Source: Candidatus Saccharimonadota bacterium | GTDB taxonomy: Bacteria; Patescibacteriota; Saccharimonadia; CAILAD01; GCA-016700035 | Direction: 5' to 3' | Assembly (NCBI GenBank): GCA_046350755.1 | Contig: JAXLZV010000001.1 | Location: 544,823-608,822, forward strand | Length of the DNA stretch: 64,000 bases | Shown here: in pieces, positions 8,665-16,152 of the stretch | How positions within the stretch are numbered: position 1 is the stretch's first letter | Layout: each line of letters opens with the position of its first letter | Notes under the pieces: generated by a model | Seen by the model: only the letters and a program-made list of their open reading frames with translations | Told to the model about the DNA's origin: nothing | Database searches by the model: none | Position numbers and translations under genes: made by a program

Positions 8665-9060
8665 TTAGTACGCCAAGACACACATGAGCGTAATAACCAC
8701 TGAGCTGAGATGCCAGAGTCCGTGGTGAACGTCATATTTATGATCTTTACCGGTCAAGAAGAAATAAAAGGCCACCGCGACGAAGACTAGTGCAGTAGCG
8801 AAATAGGGTTGGCGAAAGCCCGCCAAATAGAGGACATAGAGGTTTGCGGCGATCACCGAGTAGGCCAAAAATTTGTCGGTCTTTGCAAGCTGAGTCTCTT
8901 TTGTCAGGTGGTAGTAGAGCGACACGCTGGCCGCGAGGGCAATCAGCAGGCCATACCAGACTAAGCCCTTGTAGATCGCAATGGCTGCGGGTAGGTAGAA
9001 GGGCACATTACTCCAGATCGGAATGATAGTGCGATTGGTGAGCGAATAGGTTTTACTCAT
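8665..9060 (-). CDS. polytopic membrane protein, hypothetical
   Basis: 131 aa with four hydrophobic segments and an HHGLWH motif. Convergent with comFC. Confidence 0.4.
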   Translation of the reverse strand: MSKTYSLTNRTIIPIWSNVPFYLPAAIAIYKGLVWYGLLIALAASVSLYYHLTKETQLAKTDKFLAYSVIAANLYVLYLAGFRQPYFATALVFVAVAFYFFLTGKDHKYDVHHGLWHLSSVVITLMCVLAY

Positions 9061-9091
9061 AATGGCTGTGCTTCATCATAGCAAATCTCAG

Positions 9092-9130
9092 TCAGTCAGA
9101 TAAAAAGCCACCACTAAGGTTGTGGTGGCG
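9092..9130 (-). terminator. rho-independent terminator of the purN-like gene
   Basis: GCCACCAC-N7-GTGGTGGC hairpin, followed on the minus RNA by TTTTTAT. Confidence 0.55.
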
Positions 9131-9728
9131 TAATACTGCCCTCGAGGATCTCGCGCAGCACGCGTGAATACAGGGGGCGTTCGATTTCTTTGATGCGTTC
9201 GTGGAGCGTCGAGACTGTGTCATCTGGCTCGATGTGGACTTTCTCTTGAGCAATAATTGGCCCGGCGTCGAGCTCGGCGGTGGCGACATGGATAGTTGAT
9301 CCAGTCACCGTCTCACCGGCTTCGAGGGCGTCTGCGACTGCCCGTTCCCCTTTGTACTTCGGTAGCAGAGCCGGATGGATGTTGAGGAGTAGGCCGTTGT
9401 AGGTGCCAAAGAATTCGGGCGACAAGATCGTCATGAAGCCTGCCATGGCCGTAATGGTGATGCTGTAGCTGTTGAGCAGCTTGGCAATACCATTCGAGAA
9501 GCCGGTACGGTCGAAGTCAGGCTGGTCATCCCACTTTCGGGTAGTGTCCCAGCCCCAATCGATTCGGGCGTAGAGCTCGGTCGCAACGCCGGCGGTTTGC
9601 GCGATCTCGAGGCCACGACAAGGCTTCTCGGCCACGACTAGCGCGATTGGTAACTTGTCAGCCAGCATGCGCTCCAAGAGTGTACCGCTGCCAGAGACCA
9701 TGACGGCCAGTTTGTGTGTCTTATGCAT
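9114..9728 (-). CDS. purN: phosphoribosylglycinamide formyltransferase-like (formyl transferase family)
   Basis: MHKTHKLAVMVSGSGTLLE...LLNIHPALLPKYKG, with an NIHPxLLP motif and ~205 aa length. GGAGGAAATCAC-ATG RBS. The stop sits inside the downstream terminator hairpin. Confidence 0.6.
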   Translation of the reverse strand: MHKTHKLAVMVSGSGTLLERMLADKLPIALVVAEKPCRGLEIAQTAGVATELYARIDWGWDTTRKWDDQPDFDRTGFSNGIAKLLNSYSITITAMAGFMTILSPEFFGTYNGLLLNIHPALLPKYKGERAVADALEAGETVTGSTIHVATAELDAGPIIAQEKVHIEPDDTVSTLHERIKEIERPLYSRVLREILEGSITPPQP

Positions 9729-9772
9729 GTGATTTCCTCCAGGTCCTTGTCGCGAATGGTTTCGCAACACAG

Positions 9773-9865
<93 letters not shown>

Positions 9866-9869
9866 GTGA

Positions 9870-9946
9870 TGGTGCGCCCGAAGGGATTCGAACCCCTGGC
9901 CTTTGGTACCGGAAACCAACGCTCTATCCAACTGAGCTACGGGCGC
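9870..9946 (-). tRNA. tRNA-Arg (anticodon CCG), CCA encoded
   Basis: GCGCCCGTAGCTCAGTTGGATAGAGCG...anticodon loop UUCCGGU...GGTTCGAATCCCC. Confidence 0.85.
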
Positions 9947-10104
9947 ATGAATATGGTGTTGTGCTCTCCCATTCTGCATGCTTTCTAAAAAGTACTCAAC
10001 AGGATAGAGCGAGGATCTTAAGTTCGTCTCACGACGAAACATCCAACTCGAGCTATGGGCGCACGAGAACCAGCTCGGACTGCGTTATTATACCTGATAT
10101 TTGC

Positions 10105-10287
10105 CTAATTGCCAGATGGGCGAATGATGGACAGGAGTGCCCATAGCATAAAGCCGCCGCCAAGCCCTATAAGCAAACCTGCGCCGGGGTTACCGAGGGC
10201 AATGCCAATGCCTAACCCAAGCAGTAAGCCGCCAGGAATAAACAGGGCGCCAGCGTCATTCTTTTTATCGCGTTTTTCTTCACTCAC
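10105..10287 (-). CDS. small glycine-zipper membrane protein (60 aa), hypothetical
   Basis: GTG start preceded by GGAGGAA. ...GALFIPGGLLLGLGIGIALGNPGAGLLIGLGGGFMLWALL. Confidence 0.45.
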   Translation of the reverse strand: MSEEKRDKKNDAGALFIPGGLLLGLGIGIALGNPGAGLLIGLGGGFMLWALLSIIRPSGN

Positions 10288-10333
10288 GTTCGTATTCCTC
10301 CGAGTGCTATTATACTCCGCGCTTAACTGTGAA

Positions 10334-10373
10334 TAAAAAAAGAGCCGACCGGAGGGGGAGTAATCCCCCTCCG
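10334..10373 (-). terminator. rho-independent terminator ending the minus-strand ncRNA/tRNA cluster
   Basis: CGGAGGGGG-AGTAAT-CCCCCTCCG hairpin followed on the minus RNA by a TTTTTTT run. Confidence 0.65.
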
Positions 10374-10646
10374 ACCGACATTTCATACCTGCCGAGGAGG
10401 AAGGTACGCGCGGCACACGTGTCCGCGATCATTTCCTTCGTGAGTCTAGTGATGTGTCTTAACGAAACGTTATGATCTCGTGGGGACTCACGGTTTTCGT
10501 CGCCTGGCTTGTATCTTGCCGAGGTTACGTTCGTGTCGTGAACGCACTGCTCGGCTCTGTGTGCTCGACCAAGAGCGGTGACCCCTCCCAGATGGTTAGG
10601 GCTAACTACACACAGGACCGTTCCGCGCCAGTAGACGGAACGCTCG
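10374..10646 (-). ncRNA. unassigned structured GC-rich non-coding RNA (~270 nt) between a tRNA-like element and the terminator
   Basis: No plausible ORF on either strand; the ORF-track entries here are stop-free GC-rich artefacts. Long imperfect hairpins such as GAAGGAAATGATCGCGGACACGTGTGCCGCGCGTACCTTCC are present, and the transcript ends at the terminator. The RNA type is undetermined. Confidence 0.3.
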
Positions 10647-10720
10647 AGGAGGGGGTGGGATTCGAACCCACGTACCTCTTCGGGGGTTGCCCGAAGTGTT
10701 CTCCTATGAACTACCCCCCC
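10647..10720 (-). tRNA. tRNA-like element with a non-canonical anticodon arm (possible pseudo-tRNA)
   Basis: GGGGGGG acceptor pairs with CCCCUCC (one G.U), D-arm GTTC..GAAC, and the T-arm GTGGGTTCGAATCCCAC is identical to that of tRNA-Ser(CGA). The anticodon position is replaced by a CUUCGGG-CAAC-CCCCGAAG hairpin (7 bp/5 nt, or 5 bp/9 nt). Confidence 0.4.
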
Positions 10721-10770
10721 AGCCTGAGCTACTCTGTTGACGGCGGCACCCGTCGAGCAGTCAGGCTTTG

Positions 10771-10843
10771 TCGGACTGGCAGGACTCGAACCTGCGACCT
10801 GCTGACCCCAGATCAGTTGCTCTAGCCGCTGAGCTACAGTCCG
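10771..10843 (-). tRNA. tRNA-Pro (anticodon UGG), no encoded CCA
   Basis: CGGACTG acceptor, D-arm GCTCAGCGGCTAGAGC, anticodon loop UCUGGGG (C33 is unusual), T-arm GCAGGTTCGAGTCCTGC. Confidence 0.65.
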
Positions 10844-10867
10844 CTTACTTACAGGGCTTACGCCTCG

Positions 10868-10943
10868 CGGCAGAGAGCGGAGTCGAACCGCCATCCTACT
10901 GGAGTTTTAACCAGTCTGCTCATTACCGTCGAGCATCTCTGCC
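10868..10943 (-). tRNA. tRNA-like element with an 8-nt anticodon loop (UUAAAACU) and an extra nucleotide between the D and anticodon stems
   Basis: GGCAGAG acceptor pairs perfectly with CUCUGCC. D-arm GCTC..GAGC, anticodon stem ACTGG/CCAGT enclosing TTAAAACT, and T-loop TTCGACT. Confidence 0.4.
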
Positions 10944-11462
10944 TTGATCGGGGCGAGCGGTGTCTTGAGCACCACAAGCCCCTGCGCTTTTACTCAGTAC
11001 TTCCGCGGTTGCTGGGTTGCTGAGCGAGGGCGCTACTCCTCCTACCCACCTTGTGTGACGGCGCGGGTATCTAATCCGCTGTGTCAGTGGTGTGCATCTC
11101 AAGAATGCCGGGAATTCGTTCGGCTGGCCCCGAAACCACACCTTAGTCCAGGAGGACGGATGCGAGTGCCGAACGTCTGGGCGTTGCTGATCCCAGAATG
11201 GTTGCTAAGGTGCGAAACTGCCGGACACGAGCGGGCGAAGGCTCCCTATGAAGCGGTTCATCCAAGGCACGAGATGAAGTGTCCGGCCCGGGCTTCAGCG
11301 CTGCGGTACTTACCACTAGGCTTATCGAGCTTGTGCCCAGCTAGTGATTTTTCACGCAACTACGGTAGGGCGACTGCCTCACCACGCTTTACGAAGCCAC
11401 GGTAAGTGTCGGTTTTTTTCCGACACACCTACGAGCAATTACTCACAGGTGTGTCGGAAGAA
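10944..11462 (-). ncRNA. unassigned GC-rich structured non-coding region (~520 nt) between tRNA-Arg(GCG) and a tRNA-like element
   Basis: No credible ORF. Begins with a CCGACACACCU...AGGUGUGUCGG hairpin next to an A7 run. Contains a CAUAGGGAGCC segment faintly reminiscent of RNase P P4/P5 and exact GGATTAGATACCC. The RNA class is not established. Confidence 0.3.
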
Positions 11463-11539
11463 TGGTGCGCTCGGCAGGATTCGAACCTGCGACCTTCAGT
11501 ACCGCAAACTGACGCTCTATCCATCTGAGCTACGAGCGC
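11463..11539 (-). tRNA. tRNA-Arg (anticodon GCG), CCA encoded
   Basis: GCGCTCGTAGCTCAGATGGATAGAGCG...loop UUGCGGU...GGTTCGAATCCTGCC. Confidence 0.8.
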
Positions 11540-11596
11540 ACATGAGATGTGCAAAAGCAGGGGCTATTCTACCCTATTCTACCGAGAAGGTAAAGG

Positions 11597-12157
11597 CTAG
11601 AACTTGAGTCGCTTAAAGACTGATTCGCCGACATAGCCCTTTGGCTCAGTTTCAGGCAGTACTGACGACAAAATTTCAGCCACCTCTTCGGCTTCCTTTA
11701 CTGTAGTGTGCAGCGTTAGGAGATTTTCAAAACGCTTGACCGGCACCAGCTCGAAAGTAATAAACTCTTTGTTTTCGACGATAAAAAACGACTGATAACT
11801 AGCATAGGTATAGTGTTTATTATCAACCGCAACAGTCAACGTAGAGAGTGCGTAGGTGTGGTCACCGATACCTTTATTGACATAGATGGAGAGGGCCAGC
11901 GGAACCAGAATGCCGAGGGGTATATATATCCAGGTTTGGGTAAAAATCGCGACAATGATCGTCGCGGCAAAAATCGCAGCAATGATGATATACCAGGTGG
12001 TCGGCCGGTGGTGCGAGGCGGTGTCTTCAATCGACCACTGCAGAAGCAATTCGTCATCTACGGGTTCGGAGGCAACATCCGGCACAGGCTGACTCGACGG
12101 CTCAGCTGACTGAGTCGTTTCTTGGGGCATAGTGTCGGCTGGATTTTCTGGTTGCAT
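11597..12157 (-). CDS. membrane protein, hypothetical (acidic N-terminus, two TM segments, C-terminal soluble domain)
   Basis: 186-aa ORF with no recognised motif. Confidence 0.45.
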   Translation of the reverse strand: MQPENPADTMPQETTQSAEPSSQPVPDVASEPVDDELLLQWSIEDTASHHRPTTWYIIIAAIFAATIIVAIFTQTWIYIPLGILVPLALSIYVNKGIGDHTYALSTLTVAVDNKHYTYASYQSFFIVENKEFITFELVPVKRFENLLTLHTTVKEAEEVAEILSSVLPETEPKGYVGESVFKRLKF

Positions 12158-12220
12158 ACGATTTACGATCCATCTGTATTATCGCCCAGTCGTCAGAAAA
12201 TTGCTAATGCTTGAGAAGGA

Positions 12221-12547
12221 TTATTTCTCGGCCTTATCTTTTTTCTTATCCATGCGGTCAAGGCCAAGGATTTTCACGCCGAAGTAGACGACGGCCGCGA
12301 TAATTGCGAAGTCGAGCAAGGTGGCGAGAAAGCTGCCGTAAGCGATCGTGGCACCAGCTAGTTTAAAGTTTGCCGACTTGAGGCCATCAGCCGAACCGAG
12401 AGCTAGTCCGACGAGCGGGTTCACAATGTCGTTGACGAGTGAGCTGACGACTTTTGCAACGGCTGCACCGAGGATAAAGCCGACCGCCAGGCCGACGACA
12501 CCTTGCTCGCGGATGAAGTCCATAAAGCCATAAATGTGTTTTTTCAC
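12221..12547 (-). CDS. mscL: large-conductance mechanosensitive channel MscL
   Basis: GTG start with an AAAGGAG RBS. MKKHIYGFMDFIREQGVVGLAVGFILGAAVAKVVSSLVNDIVNPLVG matches the MscL TM1 consensus. Confidence 0.8.
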   Translation of the reverse strand: MKKHIYGFMDFIREQGVVGLAVGFILGAAVAKVVSSLVNDIVNPLVGLALGSADGLKSANFKLAGATIAYGSFLATLLDFAIIAAVVYFGVKILGLDRMDKKKDKAEK

Positions 12548-12578
12548 GTGGTTACTCCTTTCGGAATAAAATAATTGC

Positions 12579-12668
12579 TGGCGGAGAGGGTGGGATTCGA
12601 ACCCACGAGACGGTTTCCCGCCTGCTGGTTTTCAAGACCAGTTCCTTCAACCACTCGGACACCTCTCC
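12579..12668 (-). tRNA. tRNA-Ser (anticodon UGA), CCA encoded
   Basis: GGAGAGGTGTCCGAGTGGTTGAAGGA...loop CUUGAAA...long variable arm...GTGGGTTCGAATCCCAC. Confidence 0.85.
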
Positions 12669-12705
12669 ATGATTGGTCAAGATTGAAGAACGGAATGATT
12701 ATACG

Positions 12706-13167
12706 TTATTTTCGGTGAATTCTCGAGGCCACCGCCTGTTCGTGGGCTAACAGCCACTGCTTTCGCTCCAGGCCACCCGAATATCCGCCGAGTTTTCCAT
12801 ACGATCCAACTACCCGATGACAGGGAATGATTATGACAATTGGGTTGGCGCCGCAAGCATTTGCTACCGCCCGCCAGGCTTCAGGGCGATCAATTCGCTT
12901 GGCGATATCAACATACGTCGCAGTTTCGCCAAATGGTATCTTGCGCATCTCCTCCCAGACTTGCTTCTGGAAGATTGTACCGTCTGGTTCGACAGTGACA
13001 TCGAAATTTACTCGTTTACCCGAGAAATACTCGGCTAACTGATGCTGGACTGCCGTGGATGATTCAACGTCAGGGAGCGATGAATAGTGCACGCCGATCA
13101 CGGTATCGCCGCGCATTTCTATCTGTACATCACCAATAGGGCTATTCATGAGCGGCAGTATTCTCAC
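12706..13167 (-). CDS. ogt: methylated-DNA--protein-cysteine methyltransferase
   Basis: The PCHRVV active-site motif in ...NPIVIIIPCHRVVGSYGKLGGYSGGLERKQWLLAHE. Confidence 0.8.
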   Translation of the reverse strand: MRILPLMNSPIGDVQIEMRGDTVIGVHYSSLPDVESSTAVQHQLAEYFSGKRVNFDVTVEPDGTIFQKQVWEEMRKIPFGETATYVDIAKRIDRPEAWRAVANACGANPIVIIIPCHRVVGSYGKLGGYSGGLERKQWLLAHEQAVASRIHRK

Positions 13168-13915
13168 TCGTTATCTGATCACGAAGGGATATAAACTTGT
13201 CGTCAGTTTGCAGGGTCGTAAACCATTCCGACTCATATACCCCAGTTAAGATACCCGACCAGAGCTGGCTATGGGCGATGATAGTTGGATCATCCTTGAG
13301 TGCCGGCTCAATGTGATATACCGGCTGCGGGCAAATATAGAAGTCAGCATAGTGTATTGGCGCATCGATTGGTTCGATGCTGTCTGATTCAGCGCCGTAA
13401 AAACGCAGAGCGCTGTTGATTGCTTTATCTGGGTAACCGAGGAAAATGCCGGCCACAATGATGTCCACGATATCAGATGGCTTATCATTGTAGGTCGCTT
13501 TTACTACACCAAAAAGCTGGGAAATGAGCTCCTTGGGCTGTTCAGTCATGGCTGCTTTGAGAAGTTCATGAGTGGGGATGAGGTGTGTCTGCTCGAGAGT
13601 ATACAGAAAACCCGAACGACTGTAGTAGTCTGCCGACAGATAAGGATCCCCCATGGGATTGATTTCTGCACTAATATTACCTATCTGTACGCCCTGGAAT
13701 TCTCCCAATGATTCTAGGCGCTGCAAGATTTTTTGCCAGTCATCGAAGATAGACTTTTTTGAATAATATTCGACACTATCTGCATAGCCACGAGCTCCTG
13801 CTAGAGTGAGGACAATATTGGGGTTTACGAGAAAGGCAAGCGGCTCGACCCCTAGTTCGCTTTGAACTGCCTGCAAATATCTGAGGGCTTGCTCGGCAGA
13901 CGGCGGGCGAGTCAC
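13142..13915 (-). CDS. hypothetical protein (257 aa)
   Basis: ORF overlaps ogt by 26 nt and mazG-like by 4 nt. No recognised motif. Confidence 0.5.
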   Translation of the reverse strand: MTRPPSAEQALRYLQAVQSELGVEPLAFLVNPNIVLTLAGARGYADSVEYYSKKSIFDDWQKILQRLESLGEFQGVQIGNISAEINPMGDPYLSADYYSRSGFLYTLEQTHLIPTHELLKAAMTEQPKELISQLFGVVKATYNDKPSDIVDIIVAGIFLGYPDKAINSALRFYGAESDSIEPIDAPIHYADFYICPQPVYHIEPALKDDPTIIAHSQLWSGILTGVYESEWFTTLQTDDKFISLRDQITSENTAAHE

Positions 13916-14265
13916 AGGTCACCTGCCTGGCGTCGGGCCGTCATCTTCTTGTCTTTGGCTTCCAGCAGTTGCAGAACGTCGAGGTCGAAATGTTTTGCAA
14001 TAACGGTAAGCACGATATAGACATCAGCCAGTTCTTCGGCGATAGAGCTATCCTGGGCTTTTTCGATTTTGCCTTTTCGTTGACGGCCATAATGATGGAG
14101 AATGGCATCGGCAAGTTCTCCCGACTCCTCCATCAGCTTGGCGAGACGGGCCAATACGAAGTAGTAGGGGTCCTCTGCTTGAGCTTTAGGTCTCGTAGCT
14201 ATTAGTGCAGCTTGATGTTCATCAATAAACTGCAAAAAATCTTCAAATGTGTACGCTGTATTCAT
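13912..14265 (-). CDS. MazG-like nucleotide pyrophosphohydrolase domain protein
   Basis: 117-aa all-alpha ORF with the EExxELxDxxxxL-type pattern (EESGELADAILHHYGRQ...EELADVYIVL). Confidence 0.5.
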   Translation of the reverse strand: MNTAYTFEDFLQFIDEHQAALIATRPKAQAEDPYYFVLARLAKLMEESGELADAILHHYGRQRKGKIEKAQDSSIAEELADVYIVLTVIAKHFDLDVLQLLEAKDKKMTARRQAGDL

Positions 14266-15059
14266 ACTTCCTTGACCTCTGCTGTAAGTCGCAATATGGC
14301 TTCATTAAGCTGATTGCGTGCTTCTTTGCTTTCGAAGTTTTCTTCTCGCATGAAGCGGTGGCCGAGATCATCAAAACTAAGTATTGCTCCTCGACCCTTG
14401 ACGATTTTTGCGTACCGCTGCAGCACCGGGTGTGGGATGACCTCATCTTGCTTTCCATAGGCCAGAATAACTCGACCTTGATATGAAGCTAGCTCAGCAA
14501 AATCTGGAGAATCTTCCCAGCTTTTGTCACGTCGTAAAGCTTGAGAGAATTCAGGCCCAAAATTCTTTGTATAGGCTTCTGCAGAATACGCCGCCGGCGA
14601 AATAAGAATGAGGCCATCGGCTTGTAGCTCGCTCGCGAGACGAATCGCCAAGGGTGCGCCCATACTCACGCCAGATATGAAAAGTGGCTTATTGTGGAGT
14701 TGACGTGCTACAGTGCGTGCGTCCTCAAGGCGGGTCTGTAGACTAGTATCTTCGAGCTTAGCCCCACTTGCTCCAACTCCGCGATAATTAAAAGATATAC
14801 TCCCTATGTCGAATTCACAGAGGGTTTTCTGCCAATCGGGATAATAGCTGTCGTGTAGTGGTAGGTTTGCTCCTCCACCAAGCATAAGGATCTCAGCTTT
14901 CTCACCAGGATAACGCAGCACTTCTAGCTTTTTACCGGCTACCTCAATTGTACCCGCATCAACCTTAGCCTCTGATAGTGAGCTTTTTAGGTTTTCAGGA
15001 GGAGGTGTCATATGCTCATTCATAAACTCATCATACAGGACAAAAAAAGTCGAGACCAA
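14262..15059 (-). CDS. alpha/beta hydrolase (dienelactone hydrolase / S9-like)
   Basis: GVSMGAPLA nucleophile elbow (GxSxG). 265 aa. Confidence 0.55.
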   Translation of the reverse strand: MVSTFFVLYDEFMNEHMTPPPENLKSSLSEAKVDAGTIEVAGKKLEVLRYPGEKAEILMLGGGANLPLHDSYYPDWQKTLCEFDIGSISFNYRGVGASGAKLEDTSLQTRLEDARTVARQLHNKPLFISGVSMGAPLAIRLASELQADGLILISPAAYSAEAYTKNFGPEFSQALRRDKSWEDSPDFAELASYQGRVILAYGKQDEVIPHPVLQRYAKIVKGRGAILSFDDLGHRFMREENFESKEARNQLNEAILRLTAEVKEV

Positions 15060-15072
15060 GCTCGACTTTTTT
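15040..15072. terminator. bidirectional rho-independent terminator
   Basis: AAAAAAA-GTCGAG-ACCAAG-CTCGAC-TTTTTTT. Confidence 0.65.
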
Positions 15073-15073
15073 T

Positions 15074-15166
15074 ATGGCGGAGAGGGAGGGATTCGAACCC
15101 TCGCACCAGGTTTCCCCGATCTACCGGTTTAGCAAACCAGCCCCTTCAGCCACTTGGGTACCTCTC
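15074..15166 (-). tRNA. tRNA-Ser (anticodon GCU), CCA encoded
   Basis: GGAGAGGTACCCAAGTGGCTGAAGGGG...loop UUGCUAA...long variable arm...GAGGGTTCGAATCCCTC. Confidence 0.85.
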
Positions 15167-15297
15167 CGTGCTAACAGATACGGATTATAGACTATTTTAT
15201 AGTGGTTTGTCATGTACGGTGGAATATTAAATCAAGCAAACCGCATATGCTACGAAAGTCGAGCGTAACTGTGAAACACACGCGTTTCACATGGTGA

Positions 15298-16152
15298 TTA
15301 TTTAACGAACTGGGTTTGTTTGAGGATGGCCTCGGCCAGTGGCGTGACGCTACCGCAGCCTTTGACTCCCCTACTCTGCTTGCAGTAGGCCATTCCCTGC
15401 TCGGCAAGTGTGCGATCGGTTGGGAACTGTTTCAGGGCTGCTACATATAGGTCGGCTGCTTGCTCGAGGCGTCCTTGCTGAGATTCGATTCCGACAAGCA
15501 GTAGATAGTCCCCTGCTGTTTTATTTGCGGCTGACTCGATAACGGTTTTGGCTTTGGTATAGACCCGAAGCGTGGCTAGTCGATAGGCGTCTGTACGGGT
15601 GATGTCTGATTGGCGAAGGATTTGGCAAGCTTCCTGGGCGTCCACGGACTGTGCTTGCTGAGCATAGGAGCAGCCGGTTTCAATATCATTGAGATTGTAG
15701 GCTGCGATAGCTGCCTGCGCACGTACCTCACTCCCCTGTTTTTTGTTCGGCTGGGCTTTAAATAGTTGCTGTGCACGCGTGTATTCGCCGGCGATTATGT
15801 AGCTAGCCATGGCTTCGTCGGTGAGCTTATTTGACCCGGCTGCATAGGCGTCACCGGCTGCCTCGGGCTGATTGATCTCGGTGTAATAGTCAGCTAAAGC
15901 TACCTGAACGGCATCGTTATTGCCAGTTGTGACGGCGAGGGTCTTCAGGTGTTTTTCGCGCTCACTCCCCTGCTTGGTCTTGGCTTGGCGAACGAGGTTA
16001 TCGACGGCAGATTGGCTGGTCCGCGCCAGGCCTACTATGAAGAATAGGCCGATAAGCATCATGCCAGCGATGATACTAGCTCGAATCCACCGGCTTTGTG
16101 GGGGCTGGTGTCTAGGCTTCGAGCTGGTTGAGTGCGGCTGATAGGTCGTCAT
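15298..16152 (-). CDS. membrane-anchored TPR-like repeat protein, hypothetical
   Basis: N-terminal TM segment followed by an Ala-rich helical repeat region. Confidence 0.45.
   Translation of the reverse strand: MTTYQPHSTSSKPRHQPPQSRWIRASIIAGMMLIGLFFIVGLARTSQSAVDNLVRQAKTKQGSEREKHLKTLAVTTGNNDAVQVALADYYTEINQPEAAGDAYAAGSNKLTDEAMASYIIAGEYTRAQQLFKAQPNKKQGSEVRAQAAIAAYNLNDIETGCSYAQQAQSVDAQEACQILRQSDITRTDAYRLATLRVYTKAKTVIESAANKTAGDYLLLVGIESQQGRLEQAADLYVAALKQFPTDRTLAEQGMAYCKQSRGVKGCGSVTPLAEAILKQTQFVK

Noticed and set aside
10374-10646. tmRNA (ssrA) hypothesis for the ~270-nt RNA next to the tRNA-like element
   Set aside because: There is no tag-peptide reading frame ending in ...A-A-stop, no tRNA-like T-arm/acceptor at its 3' end (it ends in a plain terminator), and no GGGG...UUCGAC 5' signature. 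It was left as an unassigned ncRNA. The partial similarity to the SRP RNA helix 8 (GAAGGAA...CGUGUGCCG) is also too weak to call.
10310-11405. ORFs 10310..10894 (-), 10472..10825 (+), 10923..11141 (-), 10944..11405 (+) and 11344..11607 (+) inside the ncRNA/tRNA cluster
   Set aside because: They overlap the tRNA genes. Their translations are Cys/Arg/Pro-rich low complexity, and they lack RBSs. GC-rich structured RNA regions commonly give long spurious ORFs.
10944-11462. rRNA-like motifs: exact GGATTAGATACCC and near-match CAGCAACCGCGGAAGTAC, resembling the 16S 785F and 515F regions
   Set aside because: The two motifs occur in the wrong relative order and orientation for 16S rRNA, and no other conserved rRNA blocks flank them. 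They are most likely chance matches or tiny degenerate remnants, not an rRNA gene.
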